A stretch of 64,000 bases of DNA from Candidatus Daviesbacteria bacterium (GCA_028715175.1 JAQUSJ010000001.1:674386-738385); one strand, 5' to 3'. Shown: positions 26,776 through 37,190, numbered from the stretch's first letter. The notes: a model not told the origin generated them from the sequence alone. A program made the numbers and translations.

Positions 26776-28673
26776 TTATTTTCTCCTGAACAATCTTTGG
26801 GACAATTTTCTTTGGTCTCATCATTTGATGGTTCACAAATAGTGTCACCGCATTTGCCTGTGCCCTGTTTCTCCTCTCCTTGAGGTGAATTCTGGGTAGG
26901 TTGTTTAATTGCCTGATTTGGTTTTTGGCCCAACAATTGAAGAAAAAAGTTCAGGATTTTTTGCACCAAACCAATTTGCTTTCCCTCCGAAGATTGACTG
27001 TCTCCTACATTTCCCCCGCTGCCCATACCCTTTAAAGCTTCATCCATTGGTTTTGGCTCAATAACTGTTTTGCACTCATAAACCTTATTTCTATTGGGAG
27101 ATAAAATCTCTTCAAAAAAGTATGGGGAACCACCCGTACCGGCCGCTATATATTTACCATTTGCTGATACTGCCACTTCTTCCACAAATTCCTTAAACTC
27201 AACTGGGATATCTTTCTTTCCGCCAGCTGGCGGATTGGGATCCAGGATATGAACCTTACTATCTGTACTACCCAAAGCAATTACACTGCCATCATCGGAA
27301 ATATCAGCCGAACCAATAGTAGTATTTAAATGCCAATCTGAAATTGACTTGCCGTCTTTATTCAAAAGATAAACATCACCCACAGTATTGGCTGCCACAA
27401 TTGAATTTCCATCAGAAGTCATATCCATTGCCCTGGCAGCTTTAGAGCTGGAACCGGTAAATTTCCACAAGGGTTTGGAAGAATTTTTAGCAAACGCCAC
27501 CACCATAGAAGAATCAGGTCCGCCGTCAGTAGTGAAGCTCGCAAAACTTCCATCTTTAGTAATCCTAGCCCGCTGGACAGGTGAATCATAGGTTAACCTA
27601 CCAGAGACCATTACCGGCTTGTTGGAATCCTTACTAAAAATATAGGCCTGGCGGTCCGGACAACCGGTTGAACCTACCACAAAGCTACCGTCTTTTGAAA
27701 AAGCAATATCATGGAAATTTCCTGAAGCATGATACTGCCATAAGGGTTTTGAAGAACTCACCTTCCAGATAATTAGCAGGTTGCTGTTCAAGATTGTTTC
27801 TGAACCAGCTGTAGCTGCCCCAACATATTGACCATTTTCAGAAATAGCCACATTATAGGCATTATCTGTTGAATATTTCCAAACAGGCTTATTACTGGAT
27901 TTATCGAATAACAACACATTACTACTAATTGAGGCAAAAATCTTTGATCCGTCCCCGGAAATGGCTATCCCTCCTTTAACATCCCCACCAATCATTCCAC
28001 TAGTTCCATGCTCATAAATCCAAACTGGTTTTTCAGGCTTACTAGTATCAAACAACAAAACCTTGCGGGAAGTTTTAACGGCCAGATATTTCCCATCAGA
28101 AGATATAGCTATCCCGCCTACCCATTCATCGCCTACCGGATATTCCAGGATCTTCTTGCCGGAACCATCCATCACGGCTATCTCATTATGCAGAAAATCG
28201 CTTTCAAAAAGCACCGGCCCATTGCCCGGAGAATCAATTATCCCTTCCCGAGTTTTACCTAAACCGTTAGAGGCTTCAAAAAAGAAAAAATTGCCTCCAA
28301 TTTTGTTTGGGACAAATTTATAAATATACCTGATACCTTTTTTATAATCGTTGTCATTGGAATTTTCTTTTTGAGGAACGATCCAATCTCCGTTAAAATA
28401 CATTTTTACATATTCCGGCGGCCGACCTTCTTTATCACGATAAGTTGTGTAATACGTATATCTTTGACAGGGAGGTCCCCACATCGGGTAAACTCCGCCA
28501 TTTTCTAAAATTGGGTCATTGGCAGTTTTAGAAAGTTTTGGGATCATCTGACCTGGCCCGGGAGGAGGCTTTGACTCTGCTGAAACTACTTTAGAAAAAC
28601 CAAAAAGATGGCTGATTATAAAAAAAATCAAACTAATTATTAAAGCTAAGACGAGCAGTTTAATAATCTTCAT
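26772..28673 (-). CDS. Exported WD40/PQQ-like beta-propeller protein with C-terminal Cys motif
   Basis: Repeated AIS.DG/P.W units; ends CGDTICEP..ETKENCPKDC. Confidence 0.75.
   Translation of the reverse strand: MKIIKLLVLALIISLIFFIISHLFGFSKVVSAESKPPPGPGQMIPKLSKTANDPILENGGVYPMWGPPCQRYTYYTTYRDKEGRPPEYVKMYFNGDWIVPQKENSNDNDYKKGIRYIYKFVPNKIGGNFFFFEASNGLGKTREGIIDSPGNGPVLFESDFLHNEIAVMDGSGKKILEYPVGDEWVGGIAISSDGKYLAVKTSRKVLLFDTSKPEKPVWIYEHGTSGMIGGDVKGGIAISGDGSKIFASISSNVLLFDKSSNKPVWKYSTDNAYNVAISENGQYVGAATAGSETILNSNLLIIWKVSSSKPLWQYHASGNFHDIAFSKDGSFVVGSTGCPDRQAYIFSKDSNKPVMVSGRLTYDSPVQRARITKDGSFASFTTDGGPDSSMVVAFAKNSSKPLWKFTGSSSKAARAMDMTSDGNSIVAANTVGDVYLLNKDGKSISDWHLNTTIGSADISDDGSVIALGSTDSKVHILDPNPPAGGKKDIPVEFKEFVEEVAVSANGKYIAAGTGGSPYFFEEILSPNRNKVYECKTVIEPKPMDEALKGMGSGGNVGDSQSSEGKQIGLVQKILNFFLQLLGQKPNQAIKQPTQNSPQGEEKQGTGKCGDTICEPSNDETKENCPKDCSGENK
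27219..27234. repeat. Perfect palindrome TCCGCCAGCTGGCGGA (PPAGG insert)
   Basis: Identical core at 30584-30599. Confidence 0.8.
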
Positions 28674-28681
28674 TTACACTA

Positions 28682-29275
28682 CTACACTACCGCCACAGCA
28701 ATCAGGTTATATAAGCCATGTGCGGCCATAGAATAGATAAGGGAATTGCCTCCTTGTTCGTCTTTGGTAACCCCAAAATAAACACCAATTAACCCGGTCA
28801 TTGCCGTTGCCGCCAAGGAATAACCTTTAACAAAATGTACTAGCGCAAAAAGGATATTAGATAAAACCAGCGCAATCCAGATATTTCCGCCAAATCTTTT
28901 TTTGAAATCTTCCTGTAAGTACCCGCGGAAAAAGAATTCTTCGGCAAAGGAACCAATTAAAAGCATCAATGGAAACGTTGCGGGAGCTACAATTGGCCTG
29001 CCCGTCAAAGACCACCTGAAATATAAGACTACCGGCAGGAGGAAAACAAAAAAGATTCCCACAAGAGGTTTGCCAACCCGAAATCCTAAATCAACAAAAG
29101 AAAATTTCTTAAAAAGAATCAAAAGAATTGGTAAAGCAAAAAGAACAGTGTAATAAGGGTCAATCGGCAAACCGCTCTGTTGCAGATATTGTCGGAAGCC
29201 GTAGGCTGCTATTACTAGCACTGATAAACCAATCGGAAGCAGGACAGAATTTTGCTTCATAATTTTACTGTACAT
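28682..29275 (-). CDS. CPBP/Abi (CAAX-like) intramembrane metalloprotease
   Basis: EEFFFRG, FALVH, HGLYN motifs. Confidence 0.9.
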   Translation of the reverse strand: MYSKIMKQNSVLLPIGLSVLVIAAYGFRQYLQQSGLPIDPYYTVLFALPILLILFKKFSFVDLGFRVGKPLVGIFFVFLLPVVLYFRWSLTGRPIVAPATFPLMLLIGSFAEEFFFRGYLQEDFKKRFGGNIWIALVLSNILFALVHFVKGYSLAATAMTGLIGVYFGVTKDEQGGNSLIYSMAAHGLYNLIAVAVV

Positions 29276-29291
29276 CGCTCTTAGTAAAGAG

Positions 29292-29903
29292 TCAACATTT
29301 TTTAATTTGTTTGCTTAAAATTTTCCCGTTTGTATCCATCTGGTAAATAATAATTTCCCCTGTGGAAATTTCTAAATTGGGGATATCACTATCAGTAATA
29401 TTTTCCAGATATTTAACTAATGCTCTCAGATTATTCCCATGGGAAACAATTAAAATATTTTTCCCTTCTTTTAATTTTGGCAAAATTTGTTCTTCATAAA
29501 ATGGAACTACTCTTTGATAAACATCTTTTAAGCTCTCCCCATTCCAAATCGGAACATCCCATCCTCTCCTGATTCTTAAAAATTCTTCCTCCCCTATTTT
29601 CTCTCTTATCTCCCATTTATTTTTTCCAGTAAATTCTCCATAATTTCTTTCTTTTAGAGCATCATTTTCTAAAATCTGTTGGTCGCCCTTCTCCAACTCT
29701 TCTAAAATTCCCACCAGAGTATTTTTTGCCCTTTTTAAGGGGGAAGTAAAATAGAGATTAAAGGAAATATCTTTCAACATACTGCCAACTTTCCTGGCTG
29801 CATTTTTCCCAACTTCATCCAAATCAATATCAGTCCAACCGGTCCAAAGCCCTTTTTTATTCCAAACTGATTCTGTGTGTCTGACCAAAACTAGATATGC
29901 CAT
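29292..29903 (-). CDS. gpmA: 2,3-BPG-dependent phosphoglycerate mutase
   Basis: LVLVRH.ES.WN...TGW.D, ERNYG, SHGN. Confidence 0.9.
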   Translation of the reverse strand: MAYLVLVRHTESVWNKKGLWTGWTDIDLDEVGKNAARKVGSMLKDISFNLYFTSPLKRAKNTLVGILEELEKGDQQILENDALKERNYGEFTGKNKWEIREKIGEEEFLRIRRGWDVPIWNGESLKDVYQRVVPFYEEQILPKLKEGKNILIVSHGNNLRALVKYLENITDSDIPNLEISTGEIIIYQMDTNGKILSKQIKKC

Positions 29904-31033
29904 GTTTTTTCTATCTCCACAAGTCTTTCATATTTTACCATCCGTTCTTTTTGCAGCGGGCAGCCGGATTTTAATCCATCTGCTCCTATCCCTACTGCCA
30001 GATCCGCAATAAAAGTATCCATGGTTTCCTCGCCACGATTAGCAACTACTATTTTCCAACCATAAGATTTAGCCAAATTTACTGCCTGAATAGTTTCAGT
30101 TACTGTCCCTATTTGAGTAGGTTTGATAATCACGGCGTTGACAGCATTTTTATCTGCTGCCATTTTGAGGCGTTTAGGGTTGGTCGTAGTCAGATCATCT
30201 CCAATTATCCAGATCTTTTCGCCAAGGCTGGCGGTAATTTTGGAAAATCCATCCCAGTCATCTTCGGAATATGGATCTTCAATAGCCAGTAGATTGTAGT
30301 TGGTAGTAAGTAGTTGATAGTAAGAAAGATCAATTTTATTTTCTAATTTCGTAGCAGCGCAGTCCAGACCAAACTGTGCATTAGAAGAAATTTCCTGCAT
30401 AATTTTTAAACCATCTTCAGCATTTTTAGAGGGAATCGTATAGCCTCCTTCAGATCCCATTTCCACTTCCCCATAACCATCCTTTATTTTATCTCCCAAA
30501 AGTTTAAGAAAATCATTCGCTTCATCTAGACTTTTTTGAGGTGAATTAGTTTTAGGGATAAACCAGTATTCCTGAAAAGGTAATCCGCCAGCTGGCGGAT
30601 TACCATGCACCCCACCTTCTATGACATTAAAAAAACAAAGTGGCAAAGATGGTTTTGCGCCAGAAATTTTAGAAACGAGCTGCCAAACTTCCATACCAGC
30701 ACTTTTTGCCAGAAGTTTGGCAAAAGCCATACTTAACGCAATAATCAAATTACCTCCCAGGTTTGATTTATCTTCTGTCCCGTCTAAAGTAGTAAGTAAT
30801 CCATCAAATTGATCTAAGGTAGCAAAATCGTGATCTTTAATTTGTGAGAAAATCCAATCCGTCTTTTCCAGGGCTTTTTGAGGAGGGATAACCTTTGCTT
30901 CATTTTTTCCAGTACTTTCTCCTGTGGGCACGGACGCAATCACACTTGTTCCATCTGACAGCATTTGAGCCTCCAGAGTATCTTTACCTTTGGAATCAGG
31001 AATAATCTGAAAGTGAATCCTATCAATTTTCAT
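29891..31033 (-). CDS. eno: Enolase (short, divergent)
   Basis: LDGTEDKSNLGGN, FQE, IEDP, GDDL, IKPTQIG; located between ppsA and gpmA. Confidence 0.88.
   Translation of the reverse strand: MKIDRIHFQIIPDSKGKDTLEAQMLSDGTSVIASVPTGESTGKNEAKVIPPQKALEKTDWIFSQIKDHDFATLDQFDGLLTTLDGTEDKSNLGGNLIIALSMAFAKLLAKSAGMEVWQLVSKISGAKPSLPLCFFNVIEGGVHGNPPAGGLPFQEYWFIPKTNSPQKSLDEANDFLKLLGDKIKDGYGEVEMGSEGGYTIPSKNAEDGLKIMQEISSNAQFGLDCAATKLENKIDLSYYQLLTTNYNLLAIEDPYSEDDWDGFSKITASLGEKIWIIGDDLTTTNPKRLKMAADKNAVNAVIIKPTQIGTVTETIQAVNLAKSYGWKIVVANRGEETMDTFIADLAVGIGADGLKSGCPLQKERMVKYERLVEIEKTWHI
30289..30323. repeat. Heptamer array (GTAGTWR-like)x5 in eno
   Basis: gtagatt gtagttg gtagtaa gtagttg atagtaa; encodes YYQLLTTNYNLL. 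Confidence 0.75.
30579..30604. repeat. 26-bp perfect palindrome in eno
   Basis: GGTAATCCGCCAG|CTGGCGGATTACC encoding GNPPAGGLP. Confidence 0.85.
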
Positions 31034-33435
31034 CTTTGTTCTAATTTATGAACTTGAAGGGTTGTTTGAACAAGTGAATCAGGGTTTAGCGAAATGCTAT
31101 CTATTCCCTCCTTAATCAGGAATTCTACAAATCCAGGATAATCAGAAGGGGCTTGACCGCAAATACCGATATATTTATCCCTGGCTTTACATTTTTTTAT
31201 TACTTGCGAAATTAATACCTTTACAGCCGGATCATTTTCATTAGCAATACCCTTTATTTTTTCATTACCATCCCTGTCAATACCTAAAGTCAACTGAGTC
31301 AGGTCATTACTCCCAATACTCATCCCATCAAAAATATCCAAAAACTTATCAGCCAAAATAACATTAGAAGGTATTTCACACATCACATAAATCTTTAAAT
31401 GCTTAAATTTACTCTTAGAAAGGCCATGATCTTCCATTAGTCTCAAAACTTTTTTCCCTTCATCAGGTGTCCTGCAAAATGGAACCATCACTAAAATATT
31501 ATCTAAACCCATCTCATTAATTACCTTTTTAATAGCTTCAATTTCCAGCAAAAAGGCGGGCGCAAAATCCCCCGAATAATACCTGGATGCCCCTCTCCAA
31601 CCGATCATCGGATTTTCCTCGCTTGGCTCAAACAAATCCCCTCCCAAAAGTTTCCTGTATTCGTTAGTCTTAAAATCGGAAAAACGCACTATGATGGGAT
31701 TCGGATAAAAAGCCGCTCCGATCCTGGCAATGCCGAAAGCTAATTTATCAATATAGAACTTTTTTTTATCAGGATATCCTAAAGTAATTTTTCCGACCAG
31801 ATCTTTAACACTTTCAGGCAGTTTGTCGTAATTTAAGAGCGCCAGGGGATGTATGCCGATATTTGACGCTATTATAAACTCCTCTCTGGCCAGCCCAACT
31901 CCCTTATTTGGCAGAAATGATTTCTCAAAGGCTGTCTCAGGAGTCGCTATATTCATCATAATGCGGGTTTTAGTTTCAGGAATTTTCTTAACATCGTGTT
32001 CTATAATTTTAAAATCCAACTTGCCCTTGTAAACGACCCCTTCATCCCCCGAACAATCTACAGTTATCTCCTGACCGTCTGGTATTCTTGTAGTAGCTTT
32101 TATACACCCGACAATTGCCGGAATACCGAGCTCCCTCGACACTATTGCCGCATGAGAAGTTCTTCCTCCCTCATCTGTTACAATTGCCGCGGCAATCTTC
32201 ATGATCGGTTCCCAATCCGGATCCGTCATTTTGGTAATCAAAATTTCTCCTTTTTCAAATGATTCAATATCTTTGGCATCCAAGATGATCTTTGCCTTAC
32301 CAACAGCAATTTTGCTGCCAACAGAAGCTCCACTAACAAGCTTCATTCCGTCGCCGACTCTTACGTAATCTTTGATCTTTGAAAAATCCCTGACTGCATG
32401 AACTGTTTCAGGTCTTGCCTGAATAATATGGAGCTTACCGTCTAATCCATCTTTAGCCCATTCAAGATCCATCGGAGTCCAACCGCCCTTTTTTCTGCTG
32501 TAGTGATCCTCAACCTGCACTCCCCATCTTGCCAGCTTTAAAATTTCTTCATCCGAGAGGGTAAAAGAATTTTTTTCTTTATCTGTTGTTGTAATAACTT
32601 TAGTTGGTTTATCTTCACCGTAAATCATTTTCTTAAATTTTCTACCCAATTTCTTTTCGATGATGGGCTTGAAATGTTTAAACAAAGATTTTCGTTTGTT
32701 TAAGTTTCTTTTAAAAACCAAAAACTCATCAGGTATAACTTCTCCCTGGACGATCATTTCTCCCAGTCCCCAGGAAGCATTGATCAAAACCACATCTTTA
32801 AAACCGGTTTCTGTATCCAGGGTAAACATGATCCCGGAGCAGCCTAAATCCGAGCGGATCATTTTTTGTACACCGACTGATAAATAAACTTTGAGATGGT
32901 CAAATCCCTTGTCTACCCTGTAGGAAATTGCCCTGTTTGTAAAAAGTGAAGCCATAGCTTTTCTGATCGCCAGCAGGATATCATCTTGCCCTCTGACGTT
33001 AAGATAAGTTTCGTGTTCGCCGGCAAATGAAGCTTCCGGCAAATCTTCAGATGTAGCAGATGAACGAACCGCAAAATCTGCATTTTTACCATATTTTCTC
33101 TCGGCATCTTTTAAGGCTTCCCTAATCACAGCTTTCAAATCTTCAGGGAACTCGGTGCTTTTGATTTTTTCCCGGATACTTTGACCCTTGTTTGCCAAAT
33201 CTGCCAGATTGCTAATATTTAAACCTTTTAACTCCTGTTTGATAAAATTATCTAGACCTGTCTTTGATAAAAAATATTTATAGGCAGTTGCTGTAACTAC
33301 AAACCCGCCGGGGATGCTGATATCCGTACCCTTAAAACTTCTAATCATTTCCCCTAAAGAAGCATTTTTCCCGCCTACCTCAGAAATATCATCAATATTT
33401 ATTTCCTCAAAAAGTTTTATGAAGCTTGTGCTCAT
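31030..33435 (-). CDS. ppsA: Phosphoenolpyruvate synthase
   Basis: VGGKNASLGEM, RSSA..ED, GGRTSHAAI phospho-His, SIGSNDLTQ, GICGQ. Confidence 0.95.
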   Translation of the reverse strand: MSTSFIKLFEEINIDDISEVGGKNASLGEMIRSFKGTDISIPGGFVVTATAYKYFLSKTGLDNFIKQELKGLNISNLADLANKGQSIREKIKSTEFPEDLKAVIREALKDAERKYGKNADFAVRSSATSEDLPEASFAGEHETYLNVRGQDDILLAIRKAMASLFTNRAISYRVDKGFDHLKVYLSVGVQKMIRSDLGCSGIMFTLDTETGFKDVVLINASWGLGEMIVQGEVIPDEFLVFKRNLNKRKSLFKHFKPIIEKKLGRKFKKMIYGEDKPTKVITTTDKEKNSFTLSDEEILKLARWGVQVEDHYSRKKGGWTPMDLEWAKDGLDGKLHIIQARPETVHAVRDFSKIKDYVRVGDGMKLVSGASVGSKIAVGKAKIILDAKDIESFEKGEILITKMTDPDWEPIMKIAAAIVTDEGGRTSHAAIVSRELGIPAIVGCIKATTRIPDGQEITVDCSGDEGVVYKGKLDFKIIEHDVKKIPETKTRIMMNIATPETAFEKSFLPNKGVGLAREEFIIASNIGIHPLALLNYDKLPESVKDLVGKITLGYPDKKKFYIDKLAFGIARIGAAFYPNPIIVRFSDFKTNEYRKLLGGDLFEPSEENPMIGWRGASRYYSGDFAPAFLLEIEAIKKVINEMGLDNILVMVPFCRTPDEGKKVLRLMEDHGLSKSKFKHLKIYVMCEIPSNVILADKFLDIFDGMSIGSNDLTQLTLGIDRDGNEKIKGIANENDPAVKVLISQVIKKCKARDKYIGICGQAPSDYPGFVEFLIKEGIDSISLNPDSLVQTTLQVHKLEQR

Positions 33436-33471
33436 ATTGTATTAGAACTTATTATCTATATTTATTATAGC

Positions 33472-34329
33472 TTAAATCTTAGAGTGAAGTTCAAAATAAT
33501 CATAAACAGCTTTTGACAACAAAGCAATTTTTTCTTGAGCGCCCGGAGGGTAATCACTTTCCGACAAAACCACTATCAAGTAATCGCTGTAAATTGAGTA
33601 AACAATGCCGGCATCGTGTTTAAACCAACCTATATCTCCGGTTTTATGAGCAATTTTGATTTCGGGTAAATATTTAGGCAAACCATCGTTTAACTTTTGG
33701 TTTTGCAACAATTCAATCATCTTGTCTGCAAACTTAAGGCCGACTAACTGCCTTTTGTATAGCTTCTCGTAAAAAAGAGCAATATCAAAAGGGGTAGTCG
33801 TTGGAGAACCACCAGCAGCATCAACCAGTGATTCAACAAAATCGTTCTCTTTCAAGAAAGCTTCTATTGAAGATAATTTTATTTCCTCAGTCAAAAGCAA
33901 CGCCGCATAGTTATGAGAAATAGTAATCATTTGATTTAATGCTTGAGAAACAGACAAAGAGATGGAACCCGTTTGCAATTCAGCTTCCTTGGGTTCAATG
34001 CCAAATTTTTCATTCAGCACTTCAATATCCTCAGACAAAATTTTATCTTCTTTTAAGTTACCCTCTTTAATCTTTTGCAACGCCGTCCCCATCACCCAAA
34101 GTTTATATAAACTTCCCGCTTCAAAAACTTGATGTTCATTTGATTGATAGCTCTCCCCGGTTTTAAAATTTTTAATCACTATCCCATACTTCCCCTTTGA
34201 ATCAGCCATTACATGTTCCACTACACTTTTTAAAGAAGGCTTAGGTGCTTTAATCTCTTCCTTTTTTAAAAGACCTATCCCCAACAAAACAATAACTAAC
34301 GCCCACAAAATAGATTTTTTCAATGACAA
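33472..34329 (-). CDS. Class A beta-lactamase-like serine hydrolase
   Basis: SLYK, SHN, HKTG motifs; N-terminal TM. Confidence 0.85.
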   Translation of the reverse strand: MSLKKSILWALVIVLLGIGLLKKEEIKAPKPSLKSVVEHVMADSKGKYGIVIKNFKTGESYQSNEHQVFEAGSLYKLWVMGTALQKIKEGNLKEDKILSEDIEVLNEKFGIEPKEAELQTGSISLSVSQALNQMITISHNYAALLLTEEIKLSSIEAFLKENDFVESLVDAAGGSPTTTPFDIALFYEKLYKRQLVGLKFADKMIELLQNQKLNDGLPKYLPEIKIAHKTGDIGWFKHDAGIVYSIYSDYLIVVLSESDYPPGAQEKIALLSKAVYDYFELHSKI

Positions 34330-34361
34330 TTGTCTCTCCGTTTCTCTTGTAAGCCAAAAAA

Positions 34362-35228
34362 TTATCTGAATAATTCCAAAAGGGATTCTCCTGCTTTTAC
34401 ACCCGGCCTAACCCGGTAAAGGAAAAACCTGTTTACATCAAGGGCAAAAATACCGGAAATCGCCGTCACCGCAGATTTAAATCCTGCTTTTTTAACAACG
34501 TCAATAATCTGATTATCAAAAGCCCCATAAGGATAAGCAAAAGAAACTACTTTAATGCCAAAATTACTTTCAAAGTATTCTTTACTTTGTTTTATTTCAT
34601 ATTCAACTCTTTCCAGGGGTAACCCACTCAAATAAGTATGATCCATAGTATGCGCCCCGATTTCCACCAAACCGCTTTGCGCAATCTCTTTGAGTTGCCA
34701 GGAAGTTAAATTATTTGACCGATCCAGGAAATTTGGCACAATATATACTACTGCTTTAACTTGATATTTTTTTAGAATGGGAAATACATCCGTATAAAAA
34801 TCCCTGTAGCCGTCGTCAAAAGTTAAGATGACTGATTTTGGATCGATGCTTGCTTTATTATCTAAAGCATCGGCTAAATCGGCAGTTGTAATAAAAGAAA
34901 ATCCTGCATCTTTTAGGGTCTTCACTTGCTGGTCAAAGATAAAAGGAACGATATTAAGTGATTTGCGAATAGTATCTCCTTCATCTTTAACATACTCTAC
35001 ATAATGATACATAAGTATTGGCACTCGCAAGGATTTTTGAGGTTTTACATTTTTAATTGATTCTTGAACTTCTTTAGGTATTTCCACAATATCAGGAATC
35101 TGCTTGCTAAAATTTGATTCTTTAAGAATAAAAAAAGAAACCAGGATTAAAGTAATGAGGATAGTGAATAAGGTGAAATTTAGCTGATTAGATTGATGTT
35201 TTTTTGCCTTGATTATCATAGCTCTCAC
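34362..35228 (-). CDS. Polysaccharide deacetylase (CE4)
   Basis: VPILMYH, LTFDDG, HTMDH, FAYPYG. Confidence 0.9.
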   Translation of the reverse strand: MRAMIIKAKKHQSNQLNFTLFTILITLILVSFFILKESNFSKQIPDIVEIPKEVQESIKNVKPQKSLRVPILMYHYVEYVKDEGDTIRKSLNIVPFIFDQQVKTLKDAGFSFITTADLADALDNKASIDPKSVILTFDDGYRDFYTDVFPILKKYQVKAVVYIVPNFLDRSNNLTSWQLKEIAQSGLVEIGAHTMDHTYLSGLPLERVEYEIKQSKEYFESNFGIKVVSFAYPYGAFDNQIIDVVKKAGFKSAVTAISGIFALDVNRFFLYRVRPGVKAGESLLELFR

Positions 35229-35288
35229 CAGATAAAACCTCGGATGGTTCTATTGTTGTTTCTTTATAACACAATTTCTAACCATGTT

Positions 35289-36029
35289 TCATAAACGAGA
35301 AGCGAATTCTTTGATAGACCAAAATCCGGAAACCTTGATCCTTGGCATATTAAAAGATGAACCCCATGTTTTCCCATACCATACTCCCACTCCCCCCGCA
35401 TATCCTGCCTGCCTGGCAGCTGCTTGAACTATTCCATTGGTAAACCCATTTGGATAAGAGATAAAATTAACAGGATATCCGGTATTTGCCTGTATAACAT
35501 TCTTAGAATCTATCAGTTGTTTCAACATATCTGCATAACTTAAGGAGGCCAAATTTGCATGATTTACTGTGTGTCCTTCAAAAGTAACTAAACCGGAAGA
35601 GGCGATTTCTTTAATTTGACCCCAATTCATATAGTAACTTCCGCCAATTAAACCTGTTGGAATAAAAGAAACCGCATGAAAGTTAAACCTGCGAAGTATG
35701 GGAAAAGCATTGGTATAAAAATCAATATAGCCATCATCAAAAGTTAAAACAACCGGCTTTGCAGGGACAGATGTTTGTCTGCTGAAAATTCCATATAAAG
35801 TATCCAAAGTTATCGGGGTGTAGCCATTTTGGGCAAGATATTGCATTTGCGCTTCAAATTTATCAGGAGAAACAGATAAAGAATCCCTTGCTATATCCTT
35901 AGCATTCGGATTTCCTGCAATATAGTGATAAGTCAAAATTGGCACACGCCAACCAGCTGCCGCAACTCGACCTGGAGTAAAAATAGGTATTAAAAAAAGA
36001 ATGGCCAGAATCAGCCATAAATTTCGCAT
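35289..36029 (-). CDS. Polysaccharide deacetylase (CE4), paralogue
   Basis: VPILTYH, LTFDDG, HTVNH, SYPNG. Confidence 0.9.
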   Translation of the reverse strand: MRNLWLILAILFLIPIFTPGRVAAAGWRVPILTYHYIAGNPNAKDIARDSLSVSPDKFEAQMQYLAQNGYTPITLDTLYGIFSRQTSVPAKPVVLTFDDGYIDFYTNAFPILRRFNFHAVSFIPTGLIGGSYYMNWGQIKEIASSGLVTFEGHTVNHANLASLSYADMLKQLIDSKNVIQANTGYPVNFISYPNGFTNGIVQAAARQAGYAGGVGVWYGKTWGSSFNMPRIKVSGFWSIKEFASRL

Positions 36030-36059
36030 AAAGTATACTAATTATGGTATATTAACAAA

Positions 36060-37190
36060 ATGCAGAAGTCAAAAATTAGTTATCCTTCAACAGGAGTCAA
36101 TTATAATATCATGGACCCCTTAAAAAAATTGGCCCAAAAAGCAGGCAAACAAACTGCCCAAAATCTTATCAATTTTGGGATCAAAGAAGTTGAGATGAGC
36201 CGGGGGGAATCAGCCTATGTTTGGGAAGAAGAAAATTCATACAGAGCATTAGTTGTCGAAGGTCTGGGGACTAAAAACCTGGTGGCTGATGAGATGGCAA
36301 AAATCACCGGCAAAACTTATTACAACACTATCGCCCAAGATACCATTGCCATGATTGTCAATGACATCATAACAGTTGGCGCCCTTCCTCAAATCTTAAA
36401 TGCTTATTTTGCCTCGGGTGGACCCGATTGGTTTAAGGATACAAAACGCTCCAGCGCCCTGATAGAAGGTTGGGCCAAAGCTTGTGAAATGGCGGGAGTT
36501 ACATGGGGCGGAGGCGAAACCCCGGCACTTACAGGAATTATCAACCCCCAAACAATTGACCTGGCCGGTGCTTGTATTGGCATTATTAAACCCAAAGAAA
36601 GATTAATGCTGGGAAACAAACTTCAAGATGGTGATGCCATTTTACTGATAGAAAGCAGCGGCATTCATGCAAATGGATTATCGCTGGCAAGGGCTGTTGC
36701 TGACAAACTTCCGGAAAGATATATGACAAAGCTATCTAACGGCACATTATATGGCGACGCCTTACTCGCTCCTACATATATATATGTAAACTTGGTTAAA
36801 GGTCTTTTTGACGGCGGAGTCGATATTCATTATATGGTAAATATCACAGGACACGGCTTTAGAAAATTAATGAGGGCAAACCGGGAATTTAGTTATGTTA
36901 TCAATGAATTACCCGATCCTCAACCAATTTTTAAGTTTTTACAGCAACAATCCGAAAGTAGTGATAAAGATATGTATGGGAATTTTAATATGGGTGTCGG
37001 GTTTGCAATATATTTACCGGCGCAGCAAGTAGAAAAAGCCAAGGAAATAGCGAAACAACATAATTTAAAATCCTGGAATGCTGGAATAATTCAAACCGGT
37101 CCAAAACAAGTTGTAATAAGACAAGCTTCTTGCTCCGCAATAAAACCAAAAAATATTACCTTTCAAGCTGAAACTTTAGATATCCGTTAA
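36060..37190 (+). CDS. purM: AIR synthase
   Basis: EGLGTK, MIVND, GGET, SSGIHANG, NITGHG, FNMGVG. Confidence 0.88.
   Translation: MQKSKISYPSTGVNYNIMDPLKKLAQKAGKQTAQNLINFGIKEVEMSRGESAYVWEEENSYRALVVEGLGTKNLVADEMAKITGKTYYNTIAQDTIAMIVNDIITVGALPQILNAYFASGGPDWFKDTKRSSALIEGWAKACEMAGVTWGGGETPALTGIINPQTIDLAGACIGIIKPKERLMLGNKLQDGDAILLIESSGIHANGLSLARAVADKLPERYMTKLSNGTLYGDALLAPTYIYVNLVKGLFDGGVDIHYMVNITGHGFRKLMRANREFSYVINELPDPQPIFKFLQQQSESSDKDMYGNFNMGVGFAIYLPAQQVEKAKEIAKQHNLKSWNAGIIQTGPKQVVIRQASCSAIKPKNITFQAETLDIR

Noticed and set aside
33472-34329. Bona fide antibiotic-resistance beta-lactamase
   Set aside because: Membrane-anchored with SHN instead of SDN and next to polysaccharide deacetylases; more likely a cell-wall serine hydrolase
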